Source: Pirellulaceae bacterium (GTDB lineage Bacteria; Planctomycetota; Planctomycetia; Pirellulales; Pirellulaceae). From it: 64,000 nt of DNA. A program made the translations under genes and the position numbers. The notes beneath the pieces are model-generated. The model saw only the letters and a program-made list of their open reading frames with translations. It ran no database searches and was not told the origin of the DNA. Below, piece by piece: positions 10,210 through 20,418 of this stretch (its first letter is position 1; each line of letters starts with the position of its first letter). The stretch is from assembly GCA_963836865.1 (NCBI GenBank), contig CAWILC010000006.1, positions 17,879-81,878 on the forward strand. The letters run 5' to 3'.

Positions 10210-11490
10210 ATGCGTCGTCGCGTCGTCATCACCGGTATCGGCATGATCAACCCGATGGGCCACGACGTCGCGACGGTCTGGTCGGGCTTGCAAGAAGGTA
10301 AAAGCGGCGTTGCGCCGACGACGCTGTTCGATGCCACCGGTTTTCCAACCCGAATCAGCGCCGAAGTCAAAAACTGGGACATCACCCAAGCCGGGGAACC
10401 GGCCGAACTGTGGGCCAAACGTGGCCGCCACACGAAGTTCGCCGTCGGCGCCGCCAAGCAAGCGATCGCGGACAGCGGCGTGATGGACGTGATCAAAGAC
10501 CCGGTCCGCTTCGGCGTCTACCTCGGCAGCGGCGAAGGCAACCAGGACTTTGCCACGTTCAGCAAGATGATGGCCGCGGCACTCGAAGATGGCAATTACG
10601 ACGCGGCCAAGTTCATCGCGTCGGGCTTGAAGCTTTTGAATCCTGAAAAGGAACTCGAACAAGAACCCAACATGCCCGCGGCCCACTTGGCCACCATGTT
10701 TAACGCGCAAGGTCCGAACCTGAACTGCTTGACCGCTTGCGCCGCCAGCAGCCAAGCGGTCGGCGAAGCCACCGAGATTATCCGCCGCGGCGAAGCCGAT
10801 GTGATGTTGGCCGGCGGCACGCACAGCATGATCCACCCGTTCGGCGTGACCGGGTTCAACTTGCTGACCGCGCTGTCGGAATCGAACGACGAACCGACCA
10901 AGGCCAGTCGCCCGTTCGACAAAATGCGAGACGGGTTTGTGCTCGGCGAAGGCTCCGCGATGGTGATCTTGGAAGAACTCGAATCGGCCAAGAAACGTGG
11001 CGCGACGATCTATGGCGAAGTTGCCGGCTACGGCACGACCGCCGATGCCTACCGCATCACCGACATTCCGCCGGACGGTCACGGCGGCATCGCGGCGATG
11101 CGAATGGCGATCAAAGACGCGGGCCTGAATCCGTCGGACATCGACTACGTCAACGCCCACGGCACCAGCACCACGGTCAACGACAAGGTTGAAACGTTTG
11201 CTTGCAAAGAAGTTTTTGGCGACGATGCCGCCAAGACTCCTGTCAGCAGCACGAAGAGCATGATGGGTCACCTGATCGCGGCGGCCGGCGTGACGGAGAT
11301 GATCGTGTGCTTGATGGCGATCCGCGATTCGGTCTTGCCGCCCACGATCAACTACGAAAACCCCGACCCGCTTTGCGATCTGGATTACATCCCCAACGTG
11401 GCCCGCCAAGCCAACGTGCAGTACGCGCTGAACAACAGCTTCGGCTTCGGTGGCCAAAACGTCACGCTGTGTTTGTCCAAGTTTTCGTAG
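10210..11490 (+). CDS. fabF: 3-oxoacyl-ACP synthase II
   Basis: RRVVITGIG, TACAAS (catalytic Cys), NAHGTST, KSMMGHL and NSFGFGGQN motifs. Confidence 0.95.
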   Translation: MRRRVVITGIGMINPMGHDVATVWSGLQEGKSGVAPTTLFDATGFPTRISAEVKNWDITQAGEPAELWAKRGRHTKFAVGAAKQAIADSGVMDVIKDPVRFGVYLGSGEGNQDFATFSKMMAAALEDGNYDAAKFIASGLKLLNPEKELEQEPNMPAAHLATMFNAQGPNLNCLTACAASSQAVGEATEIIRRGEADVMLAGGTHSMIHPFGVTGFNLLTALSESNDEPTKASRPFDKMRDGFVLGEGSAMVILEELESAKKRGATIYGEVAGYGTTADAYRITDIPPDGHGGIAAMRMAIKDAGLNPSDIDYVNAHGTSTTVNDKVETFACKEVFGDDAAKTPVSSTKSMMGHLIAAAGVTEMIVCLMAIRDSVLPPTINYENPDPLCDLDYIPNVARQANVQYALNNSFGFGGQNVTLCLSKFS

Positions 11491-11491
11491 A

Positions 11492-11547
11492 CCTGCGGCT
11501 CCGCCCGCAGGATTGATGATTAGATGCCCGCGGGCGGAGCCGCGGGT
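11492..11547. repeat. Short inverted repeat (family B)
   Basis: CCTGCGGCTCCGCCCGCAGG...CCCGCGGGCGGAGCCGCGGG immediately after the fabF stop. Confidence 0.65.
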
Positions 11548-11561
11548 CTGCGAAGATCATC

Positions 11562-11960
11562 ATGTCGTCCTACACCGATGCCGAACTGATCGCGTTCTTG
11601 GACGAAGCCTTGCCGGCGAATCGATCGTCGCAGATCGAACACGAACTGCGAACCGACGCCGTGCTTCGATCGCGGTTGATCGAAGTCCGTGGCCGTGAAA
11701 CCGCGGGGCTGCATTCGATCGGCGGCATCTGGCGACGATCGCGGTTGTCCTGTCCGACTCGCGGCCAGATGGGCCAGTATCTGTTGTCGGCCCTTACCGA
11801 CGAACACGCCGACTACATCCGTTTCCACCTCGAATCGATTGGCTGCCGTTATTGCCAGGCCAACCTGGCCGACCTGGAATCAGCGGCTAAAGCCAGCGAC
11901 GAATCCAAACCCCGGCGAACAAAGTATTTCCAGACCAGTGTCGGTCATTTGAAAACGTAG
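11562..11960 (+). CDS. Hypothetical protein with an anti-sigma-like zinc-finger motif
   Basis: LSCPTR...FHLESIGCRYC (H-x5-CxxC). Confidence 0.65.
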   Translation: MSSYTDAELIAFLDEALPANRSSQIEHELRTDAVLRSRLIEVRGRETAGLHSIGGIWRRSRLSCPTRGQMGQYLLSALTDEHADYIRFHLESIGCRYCQANLADLESAAKASDESKPRRTKYFQTSVGHLKT

Positions 11961-12013
11961 GTTCGCCACGCCGTGGCGAAGCATCCCAACCGAGTGTTTC
12001 AGCATCTGCGCAG

Positions 12014-13441
12014 CTAGCGTTTCTCGCTGGATTCCGTCGACACCAAGTGCTCGGCTGGTTGCTCAATTTCGATCTTCGCTTCTGGCAAATTGACCAACAA
12101 CCGCATCATTTCCTCGGCCGCACCGGTGGCAACGTCACGGATCGTTTCACGGCTTGTTTCGTCACCGAATTCGTACGTGATCGCGGTCACGCCCAGCGTC
12201 CCAGCGACCCACGCTTTGCTGTTGGAGCGATGGTTGTTGTAGCTGGCCTTTTGGTTGACACCATACTTTGGAAAACGACCCTGAATTGCGGTCATCCAAT
12301 CCTCCGTGAACCCGGCCGGATGAAGGTTCACCTTTCGCGGCGTCGTGTAGAAGACGTCATCGAAGGTGCTGTGAAAATCGATGAACAAACACAATCGATT
12401 TTCATCGCCGCCGCGACAGGCCAGCAATTCTTTCTTCAGCGCGATCGTCTCCGGCTGGGTGAAGTGCGACCAATCGCGATTCAAATCCACGCCGTTGGCG
12501 TTGCATCGCCAGTTTCCGTGCGCGACCCCGTCGGGATTGACCATCGGCACGACGACGGCGTTGTATCGCTTCCGAAATGACTGGCTCAGTTCACTGTCGC
12601 CGGCGATCGTGTCGACAAAGTGCATCATCCCGATCGCGCCGGAGACTTCCGGCGGATGCTGCCGCGCGATGATGAAGACGTAATCGGGACGTTCCGATTC
12701 GGTGATGTCCAACCGATGCAAAGGTCGGCCTTGAACGGACTTGCCGATGACGGATCGTTGGACATGCGGTTGTTCGCCGAGCGATTCGGTCCAGCGGACG
12801 ACTTCGACGTCGTCGATCAATTCCTGTCCGGCGATCCAAAGCGGTTGCCCATCGTGCGGCACCAATAATTCGATTTCGCGTCCGACGGGATGGCGACGTT
12901 GGACCAGTTCCGGGGCCGCCGTCCACGTCCGCCCGTCGCGGCTGATCTTGGGGTCGTAACGATGACTGCCGCCGACATAGTTCAACCGGATCCTTAGATC
13001 GCGAGGCGAATCGGCATCGATGCGGAAGGCGTACCAGGCGCTATCGTTGATGCGTTTCTTTTCGGGCTTGATCGTGATCGTGAACTCGGATTCGCCGATT
13101 TGATCACAATGGCTGATCCGTCCGCCAGAAAAATCGCTGCGAATTCGAACGCTGCCGTCTTCCGAGGCGAACAGATTTTCAGAAGACCCGTTTTCAGAAG
13201 ACCTGTTTTCAGAAGACCCAGTGGCCTGTTCATCATTCGCCAGTTTGTCTTCCGAGCGAACTGGCAGTTCCGGCGACGTGCCGATTTCGACGGATGCCAC
13301 CGGTTCCGGTTCGGCCGCGTTGATGGGAAGCAACAAAACTGACATCAGGATTGCAGGGGTAAAGGCTGCGATCCAAGTCGGAAAGCGTCGGTGGACGTGT
13401 GGCGCACGTGAAAACGACCGATAGTTGATCGGGCTACTCAT
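12014..13441 (-). CDS. M14 zinc carboxypeptidase, exported
   Basis: ARQHPPE, NPDG, RCNANGVDLNRDW, DFHS and TYEFG motifs; SSENx tandem repeat near the N-terminus. Confidence 0.9.
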   Translation of the reverse strand: MSSPINYRSFSRAPHVHRRFPTWIAAFTPAILMSVLLLPINAAEPEPVASVEIGTSPELPVRSEDKLANDEQATGSSENRSSENGSSENLFASEDGSVRIRSDFSGGRISHCDQIGESEFTITIKPEKKRINDSAWYAFRIDADSPRDLRIRLNYVGGSHRYDPKISRDGRTWTAAPELVQRRHPVGREIELLVPHDGQPLWIAGQELIDDVEVVRWTESLGEQPHVQRSVIGKSVQGRPLHRLDITESERPDYVFIIARQHPPEVSGAIGMMHFVDTIAGDSELSQSFRKRYNAVVVPMVNPDGVAHGNWRCNANGVDLNRDWSHFTQPETIALKKELLACRGGDENRLCLFIDFHSTFDDVFYTTPRKVNLHPAGFTEDWMTAIQGRFPKYGVNQKASYNNHRSNSKAWVAGTLGVTAITYEFGDETSRETIRDVATGAAEEMMRLLVNLPEAKIEIEQPAEHLVSTESSEKR

Positions 13442-13801
13442 CGTGTGACGCTCCGGCGTAAGAGGAGGGGCGCTTGAGCACAACGATTTGGGCCGAATCG
13501 AAATCCTTTCGATCGATCCAATCGGTGGACGTCGCGGGTGACCGGGCGGTCGGCGACGTCCGAGTGCGGACGGGTGGGAATCTGGGCGGGACGGTCGGAT
13601 TCTACGTGCGGGCGAAATTTGCCGGCAAGACGAACTTGCGAGCAATTTTCACGGCTCGCCCCTACGCGTCTTCACGGTTCCATCATAATCCCTTCGCCGT
13701 CGCTTCGCAGACCCGCGGCTCCTCCCGCGGGGGGGCTGGGGGGGTGTGAGTGGGGGGGCGGGGGATGGACCGGGCGGCATGGACTGGGCGGCATGGACCG
13801 G

Positions 13802-13830
13802 GGGGACAATTGGGACAATTGTCCTACTCT
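13802..13830. repeat. GTAG-type REP-like unit (family D, AGAGTAGGACAATTGTCCCAATTGTCCCC)
   Basis: The same unit occurs as an inverted pair at 59690-59762. Confidence 0.75.
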
Positions 13831-13832
13831 GG

Positions 13833-14156
13833 CTATGCAGCCCGATAAAGCATCCGTTCCAGGCGGTCCAGCGTTGTGACCATTTCATTCCAATCCGCGA
13901 CGACCTCGATCGTGGCCAGCGACAACGCATCGACGTTGTCGAACCCCCGTTCGCTGACGGTGACCTTGGTCGACAGAACGGTCACGCCCTGCTGGGTCGC
14001 CTTTTCGGACTTCGTCGCCGGCGAAACCTCCCCGTCGTCCTCCATCGGCAGGATCTGTTGCATCGTTTGATGAATCGCCCACAGCGCGGCCTTCCGAACC
14101 GATTCGGCTTGGACGATGGTGCGAAGCGTACCGGATTGAACGTAATACTTGGCCAT
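13833..14156 (-). CDS. Conserved hypothetical protein (MAKYYVQSG start)
   Basis: Protein-like composition with a VSERGF motif; no function recognised. Confidence 0.7.
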   Translation of the reverse strand: MAKYYVQSGTLRTIVQAESVRKAALWAIHQTMQQILPMEDDGEVSPATKSEKATQQGVTVLSTKVTVSERGFDNVDALSLATIEVVADWNEMVTTLDRLERMLYRAA

Positions 14157-14403
14157 GACAGGGATCCGTAAGTGAGGTTGTGTTTGATTCTGGGTCCCAA
14201 CTCTTCGCGTCGGGGATACTCTTTTATTCGCGAGTCGGATGACACGTCTGGTCCGTGTCATGTTTGGACGCTTCGACCACGGTCACGGGGGCTTCCTTGC
14301 CAGCTCGCCGCGGCCGGGGAACAATGCCGCCATGAAACTGATCCACCATCGGGCACACGCAGGCGTGACGGGCTTTGAAGTGGTCCTACTCTGAAAATCA
14401 CCG

Positions 14404-15678
14404 ATGCAAAACGAAACCATTCAAGACATTGTCATCGTCGGGGCGGGTTTGGCAGGCCTGTCCTGCGGAGCCTTGCTGAGGGAGGCCGGTCGCGACGTCA
14501 CGATTCTGGAAGCGACCGACCGCGTCGGGGGACGCGTTCGCACCGACGTCGTCGAGGGGTTCACGCTGGACCACGGGTTCCAAGTGCTGTTGACGGCGTA
14601 CCCGGCCTGCAAGCGGATGCTCGACTACGATCGCTTGCGGCTGCGCGTGTTCGAGCCCGGCGCACTGATCCGCCAAAACGGATCGTTCCACGTCCTAAGC
14701 GACCCGTGGCGTCGGCCGAGCCAAACGATCGCGACCGCGATGAACCCCGTCGGCACCATCGCCGACAAACTTCGCATCGCGAAGGTCCGCCGGCAATCTC
14801 GCGCCGGCACGCTGGACGATCTGTATCAGCGGCAAGACGTGCCGACAGTCGACTACTTGAAGACGGCCGGGTTTTCGTCGTCGATGATGGAAGGATTTTT
14901 TCGACCGTTCATCGGTGGCGTTTTCCTGGACGAAACGCTGTCGCAGTCCAGCCGATTTTTCGAGTTCGTGTTCCGCATGTTCGCCGAAGGAGACGTGTCG
15001 GTTCCCGCCGGTGGCATGGCAGAAATTCCGAAACAGTTGGCGCAGAAGATTCCAGCGGCTTCGATCCGTCTGCAATCCAGCGTCACGTCGATCGATCACC
15101 AGCGATTGCACCTGAGCGATGGAAGTTCGATCGCGGCCAAGCAGATCGTGATCGCGACCGAGAGCGATGCGGCGGCACGACTGACCGGCATCGACACCAT
15201 CGCCACAAAATGGAACCGCACGACCAATCTTTACTACGCGGCGGATCGGTCCCCGGACAAGCGAAATTTGTTGATGCTTTGCGGTGACGAACACGGCCCA
15301 GTGCAAACGGCAACGGTGATGACGTCGGCAGCCCCCGAGTACGCGCCGGCGGGAAAGTCGCTGATCTCGGTTAGCCTATCCGTTCCGTCACCAGCAGATG
15401 CACCGGAGCCGGATGCATGGAAGCGAGTTGACACCGCCGTCCGCGATCAACTTCGCACTTGGTATGGAGACCAGGTCGACACCTGGCGGCATTTGGCAAC
15501 GTACCAAGTGCCGTACGGGTTGCCTCGTCGGTCGCTCGATCCGGTCGTCCGCCCCGTCGACGCGAGTTCGTGGGGTGGACCAAAAAACGTTTGGATCTGC
15601 GGCGACCACCTTGAAACGCCCAGCATTCATGGGGCAATGAACAGCGGTATCCGCGTCGCCGAAGCGATCCTTAGTTGA
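14404..15678 (+). CDS. FAD-dependent oxidoreductase (amine oxidase / protoporphyrinogen oxidase-like)
   Basis: [25 protein letters not shown] and GDH...SIHGAMNSG motifs. Confidence 0.9.
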   Translation: MQNETIQDIVIVGAGLAGLSCGALLREAGRDVTILEATDRVGGRVRTDVVEGFTLDHGFQVLLTAYPACKRMLDYDRLRLRVFEPGALIRQNGSFHVLSDPWRRPSQTIATAMNPVGTIADKLRIAKVRRQSRAGTLDDLYQRQDVPTVDYLKTAGFSSSMMEGFFRPFIGGVFLDETLSQSSRFFEFVFRMFAEGDVSVPAGGMAEIPKQLAQKIPAASIRLQSSVTSIDHQRLHLSDGSSIAAKQIVIATESDAAARLTGIDTIATKWNRTTNLYYAADRSPDKRNLLMLCGDEHGPVQTATVMTSAAPEYAPAGKSLISVSLSVPSPADAPEPDAWKRVDTAVRDQLRTWYGDQVDTWRHLATYQVPYGLPRRSLDPVVRPVDASSWGGPKNVWICGDHLETPSIHGAMNSGIRVAEAILS

Positions 15679-16933
15679 AACTTTCGCCGAAGTTGTAGTT
15701 CGCGCTAATCGGCAGGATTCCATAGATACCCTGTGTGAACACTTGGCTGACGAAGTTGTCGAACAACCGGATCGGGCTGGACGGCAGGATGATGACGTCG
15801 CCGTCACGTACCCAAATTTCGTCGCACGGATGAGCCTCGCGGCCCAGCATCGCACCGCGAAGGTCCAGCACCGTCGACAGCAACTCCCAGTTGTCGCCGC
15901 GACGGAAGATCACGACCTGACGCAGGTTTGCACCGACGCGGTGACCACCGGCCATCGCGATCGCACCCAGCACCGTCGTCGGTGTGTTTTCCATGTCGTA
16001 ACGCCCCGGCAAGAACACCTCGCCCAGCACGAACACATTGTGTGCGGCTTGTTCGACGAGCGCCGGTTCGACTTCTAATCCACCAACGGCCGCGTCGTAA
16101 CGCAAGTTGATTTCTTGCTTCAACTCGTCCAGCGACAAGCCTTGCGCCTGAACCGCGCCGATCTTTGGCAGGCGAATTTCTCCGCCGGGCGTTACCGTTT
16201 GCAAGATCTGCTGCGGATCGAATCCGCCCAGGCCGCTGATCGCTTCGCGGATCTGACGAGCGGCCGAACCGGTCGTCACCGGCGTGACGTCGATCGAAGG
16301 CTCGGGATAGAACTCGGTGTACTTGTCGTCCAGCAGTTCGCGAAGCTGATCGATCGTTTGACCGGCCGCGTGAATTTGACCGATCAATCGAAGCGTGATT
16401 GTCCCGTCCGGCTGAATCGTCAAGCCCTTCTCCAATGTTCCGCGCGTGAGTTGTTCGTCGGCTTCCGATTCGACCAACAGTTCGTCGCCCACCACCAAAC
16501 GGTAAGCCCCTTGGCTGGTCAGCGCGGCGATCATGTAGGTGAACTGGATCGTATCGCCGGTACGAAGTCGGTACTCGGGCAAGCGTTGGGTTCGCGGCGG
16601 CCCGGCATATTCGCCCGGCCCGAAGACGCTAAATGGAGCGTTGTAGGGGCACTGCCAACACTGCTTTTCGCAAGTGCATGGTCCGACACCCAACTTCATT
16701 CCGATGCCACCGATCATCGATCCGCCCGTGCGATCGGCACAGCGAAGGCATTGGCTGCAACCACCGTGTTGGTTGGCGACGGGACCGCCGATCATCGGCA
16801 TCGGAATCGGAATCGGAATCGTTGGAACGACGTCGTCGGCTTCCGCGGTCAGCAGGCCGAACGTCGACAAGCTGACGATCAAGATCCATGCCCGCGTGAC
16901 ACGTCGAAGCATGGGTCTGTGTTCCGTAGACAT
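15671..16933 (-). CDS. Polysaccharide biosynthesis/export protein (Wza-like, SLBB)
   Basis: YRLxxGD repeats, [18 protein letters not shown] and AIAMAGG motifs; Cys-rich N-terminus. Confidence 0.85.
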   Translation of the reverse strand: MSTEHRPMLRRVTRAWILIVSLSTFGLLTAEADDVVPTIPIPIPMPMIGGPVANQHGGCSQCLRCADRTGGSMIGGIGMKLGVGPCTCEKQCWQCPYNAPFSVFGPGEYAGPPRTQRLPEYRLRTGDTIQFTYMIAALTSQGAYRLVVGDELLVESEADEQLTRGTLEKGLTIQPDGTITLRLIGQIHAAGQTIDQLRELLDDKYTEFYPEPSIDVTPVTTGSAARQIREAISGLGGFDPQQILQTVTPGGEIRLPKIGAVQAQGLSLDELKQEINLRYDAAVGGLEVEPALVEQAAHNVFVLGEVFLPGRYDMENTPTTVLGAIAMAGGHRVGANLRQVVIFRRGDNWELLSTVLDLRGAMLGREAHPCDEIWVRDGDVIILPSSPIRLFDNFVSQVFTQGIYGILPISANYNFGESFN

Positions 16934-17042
16934 AGAAAACTCTTAGGGATCAGGACTCGACCGGGTCGGTCCATCAGGAAGGAAGGTGGGGGAGCTTCTA
17001 AGAAGAACAAAACTAAAAATCCGCATCCGTTTCGCGAGCCAC

Positions 17043-18461
17043 CTATCGACGACCGAACCCCAAGAACGAGCGACCGCTCTCTTTCGTCGGCTCTGGATCG
17101 GAACCAAGTTTGGGCTCGGAAGCCGGTTTGGGTGTACTCGCCGTCCGCACCGGCATCGATGATGGATCCGGCCGAAAGCTGGCCGCGAATGCATCGGGGG
17201 TCAGCGTCTTGATCGCGATTCCGCTGGGCAGATTCGGGTCGTCGAGCGCGGCGACGCAGCGACGCGATGTCTCGGAATCACCTGTTTTTCGTGACGCTTC
17301 CAACAGGTTTTGGTAGGACGAACGCGACGGACGTAGGCGAACGCTTTGCTCGAATGACCAAGCAGCCTGTGGATACAGGCCTTGGCTCATGAACGTGTTG
17401 CCGAGTTCGCGATACGCGACCGGACTGCGATCCGAAATTTCAACGGCGGCGCGGTGCATCGTCATTGCAACCGCACCCGCGTGCGGATCATTTTCCGAGG
17501 CCAGTCGTTTTTCGACGACCCCCAGCATCACCAGCGAATCGCAAGCGTCGTCGGATCCGCCAGCGGCTTGAACCAGTGCGTCTTTTGCAACCTGCAGGTA
17601 AGCCTCCGTCGCTTGCAGCGATGACATCGTACTTAGATCGGCCTCTTTCAAGACGCTCGTCTCGTGAACGGCAACCATTCGCGTGAGTACGCGAGCGTCG
17701 ACCGAGCCGTATTGTCCGCAAAAGTCTTTTGATTCACGGATCGCGTCGAGCGCCGTGGTCAGTGAACGAGTATGTTCGTTTCCGCCGTTCGCTGCGTCCT
17801 GCATCTCAACGGCCAAACGCAACGCTTCGGTCGCATAGCGACGCGCCGAGTGGGTCGCTCCGCGTTGCAAACTTTCCTTCGCATGCTGCGTTGCCATGTG
17901 AGCCATCTCACGAATCCGGTGCACATAAATGGCGGCCTCGGGGGACGGGTTGGCCAGCGCCGCACCGGTCGTGACGGGATCGCTTAGGCTGAGCGATGGC
18001 CCTGACGAAGCGCCGGTTTCGGGGCTTGCGATTGATGGTGCCGGTATCGATGGTGCCGGTATCGATGGTGCCGGTTCGGACTCAACTCGAATGGCTGATT
18101 TTGGTTCGGCGTGTTTTGGTTCGACGCGTTTTGGTTCGTTGGGCGTGGGAACGTCTAGCGACAAAGCCGGGAACGAAGGCTTCCGAGACTTCGTTTGTCG
18201 AACCATGCCGAAGCTCGACGGCTTTGCCCCGCGAGTTGCGCCGTGTGTCGCGTCGGTCGTCGTTGCCAGGGACGGAAATCGTTCCAACAACAATTGACGA
18301 ACACTTTCCGAATCGTATCCCGGCGGGGGCGTTAGCGGGGTGGAAGCGGAAGGCTGGTCGGCAAGCGCCCATGTCCCGGCCGATGTACCACCGCAGCAGA
18401 TCATAGCGACCAGCATCAAGCGTCTGGCATGGCAAGCGTCGCGACGAAATTTGTCCAGCAT
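17043..18461 (-). CDS. Exported TPR-like hypothetical protein
   Basis: Signal peptide, low-complexity PAPSI repeats and the TPR-like AYRELGNTFMSQGLYPQAAWSF segment. Confidence 0.7.
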   Translation of the reverse strand: MLDKFRRDACHARRLMLVAMICCGGTSAGTWALADQPSASTPLTPPPGYDSESVRQLLLERFPSLATTTDATHGATRGAKPSSFGMVRQTKSRKPSFPALSLDVPTPNEPKRVEPKHAEPKSAIRVESEPAPSIPAPSIPAPSIASPETGASSGPSLSLSDPVTTGAALANPSPEAAIYVHRIREMAHMATQHAKESLQRGATHSARRYATEALRLAVEMQDAANGGNEHTRSLTTALDAIRESKDFCGQYGSVDARVLTRMVAVHETSVLKEADLSTMSSLQATEAYLQVAKDALVQAAGGSDDACDSLVMLGVVEKRLASENDPHAGAVAMTMHRAAVEISDRSPVAYRELGNTFMSQGLYPQAAWSFEQSVRLRPSRSSYQNLLEASRKTGDSETSRRCVAALDDPNLPSGIAIKTLTPDAFAASFRPDPSSMPVRTASTPKPASEPKLGSDPEPTKESGRSFLGFGRR

Positions 18462-18794
18462 GATCGCACATCCAAGTCCGTTCGGGGGTCGCGGGGGAAA
18501 ACGGTTGATGCACCGCTTTCGCCGTCTCTCGACGACGGCGATCCGCTCGTTTCCTGACGCCTTTCCCAGCCACCACCGTGTGGCTGTCTATCCACGTCCA
18601 CCAGCGACATCGGCAATCCGCCGCGTCGGTGCAAATGGATTGTGGGTCAGATTGTCCGGCTTCGCTAATTCGCTTCCTCAAGAGCGGGAAAACGCAATTT
18701 AACGAAACGAATCGAGCAGGTTTTGCGATCGCCTCAATCAGAACAGCCAGCACGATCCACCGGCTGGGCTTTCGCAATCGGGCTTACCAGTTGG

Positions 18795-20315
18795 TCAATT
18801 GGACGACGGAAGTTCCCGAATCCGTAGATCTCGCCAACGCACTTCAAAGGGACCAGATTCCTTATTGATCGAATGAACTTGCAAGCCGATGAAGCCAGGG
18901 TGATTGGATTCGGGATCCATGACATTGGCGACCGGAACGCCGTTGATCCAGGTTTGGATGCGATCTCCTTCGGCTCGAACGAGGTAACGATTCCATTGGC
19001 CGTTTTGGAACGCATCGTTGACGTGGCGATCGGTGGATATCCATGCCCGACCGGTTCCCTCGCTGTAGATGTATCCGCTCTCGCCCGGTGCGTTCTCGAT
19101 TTCGACTTGCGGCCCGTGAACGCGTCCGTTGTTGAACTCCGGCGTGCTCTTCGATCGGATCTGTACGCCACTGTTTAGACCAGCGTCGACCATGACCTCA
19201 AAGGTCAGCTCGAAGTCTTGATAAGTTGCATCGGTGCATAAAAACGAGTTGGGGCTGCCATCGGCGGTCTTGCCAACGATCACATCTTCGCTGCGTCGGA
19301 ACGTGGCGGTTCCATTTTTTTGACTCCAACCCGACAGGCCCTCCGCCGCCATGATCGGCTTCCAATCTCGAGCCGATAGATCAGGCATCGCATCGTGATT
19401 GGCTGCCATCACATCGTTGATGCTTGCCGTCTCATCCGACAACGTCGCCGCATCGATCGCCGGGAAAGTGACGTCACCCGTCGCGGCCCACTCGGTTCCG
19501 CGGAGCAGCGTCGTTTGAAAGGCCAAGCCCTTCATCGCTTCGACATCGTGGCCCAGCGTCGTATGGAACACGCGTCCTTCGCCAAAGCGGATTGTCATCA
19601 GCAGCGGTTCATGTTCGCCGGTACCGCCGGTCTCGGTCGTGCTGAATCCGGTCGCCAGCACGTGCATGTTCTCGGCCGGCCCACGAAGCTTTGCGTAAAG
19701 CTCGTCGGTGGTCTGCATGAACGATCCGGGCAAGCCTTTGGTGATCGGATGTTCGCGATCCCGAACGACGACCGCGAAGGGAACTCGCTTGCCGTGCGCG
19801 CCGCCTTTGCCGGGCGAACGATCGCGAACGAAACGCTGGACATCTTCTTTCCATCGGACGTAAGGACCGTCTTTTTCATCGCGTCCGCCCCAACCGCCGA
19901 GCCCGATCATGCGGTTGTAGGCGTCCCAGTTGGAAAACGAATTGTCCGCCGCATGCACGCTGACGAAGCCCTTGCCACCGGCGACAAACTTTTCAAACAG
20001 ACGCTGCGTTCGCTTGCTCCACGGATCGCCGTTGTAGTTCGACACGACGACGTCGTAATCGGAAAAGACGGGGTCGAACGAGTCCATGCTTTGGCCGTTG
20101 GCCGGCGAGGTCGCCACGTCGACGGTGAAGCGACCGCTCGCTTCCAGCGTTCGCTTGATCACGGGCGTCGTCTCAACCCAGTTGTGGTTGTTTTGTCCAT
20201 CGACCAACAACACGCGGATCTTCGCCGCCTCATCAGCCAAGCTCGCGGGCGTCAAGCCGAACGACAGGCAAGTCAAAGCGAGCGTGCAAAAAAAACGTCG
20301 GGTCAAAGCACTCAT
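18795..20315 (-). CDS. ThuA-like + DUF1080 fusion protein, exported
   Basis: DGQNNHNW and GRVFHTTLGH (ThuA), then NSGVQIRS, GQWN and GFIGLQVH (DUF1080). Confidence 0.85.
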   Translation of the reverse strand: MSALTRRFFCTLALTCLSFGLTPASLADEAAKIRVLLVDGQNNHNWVETTPVIKRTLEASGRFTVDVATSPANGQSMDSFDPVFSDYDVVVSNYNGDPWSKRTQRLFEKFVAGGKGFVSVHAADNSFSNWDAYNRMIGLGGWGGRDEKDGPYVRWKEDVQRFVRDRSPGKGGAHGKRVPFAVVVRDREHPITKGLPGSFMQTTDELYAKLRGPAENMHVLATGFSTTETGGTGEHEPLLMTIRFGEGRVFHTTLGHDVEAMKGLAFQTTLLRGTEWAATGDVTFPAIDAATLSDETASINDVMAANHDAMPDLSARDWKPIMAAEGLSGWSQKNGTATFRRSEDVIVGKTADGSPNSFLCTDATYQDFELTFEVMVDAGLNSGVQIRSKSTPEFNNGRVHGPQVEIENAPGESGYIYSEGTGRAWISTDRHVNDAFQNGQWNRYLVRAEGDRIQTWINGVPVANVMDPESNHPGFIGLQVHSINKESGPFEVRWRDLRIRELPSSN

Positions 20316-20418
20316 CTTGGCACCGTGAAAAGGAAAAGGAGTCCGTCGCCGGCAGCGACACTTATTTCACCATAACGTCTGGATGTTGACTTCTGTTTGG
20401 CGAACCGGAAAAGACTTG

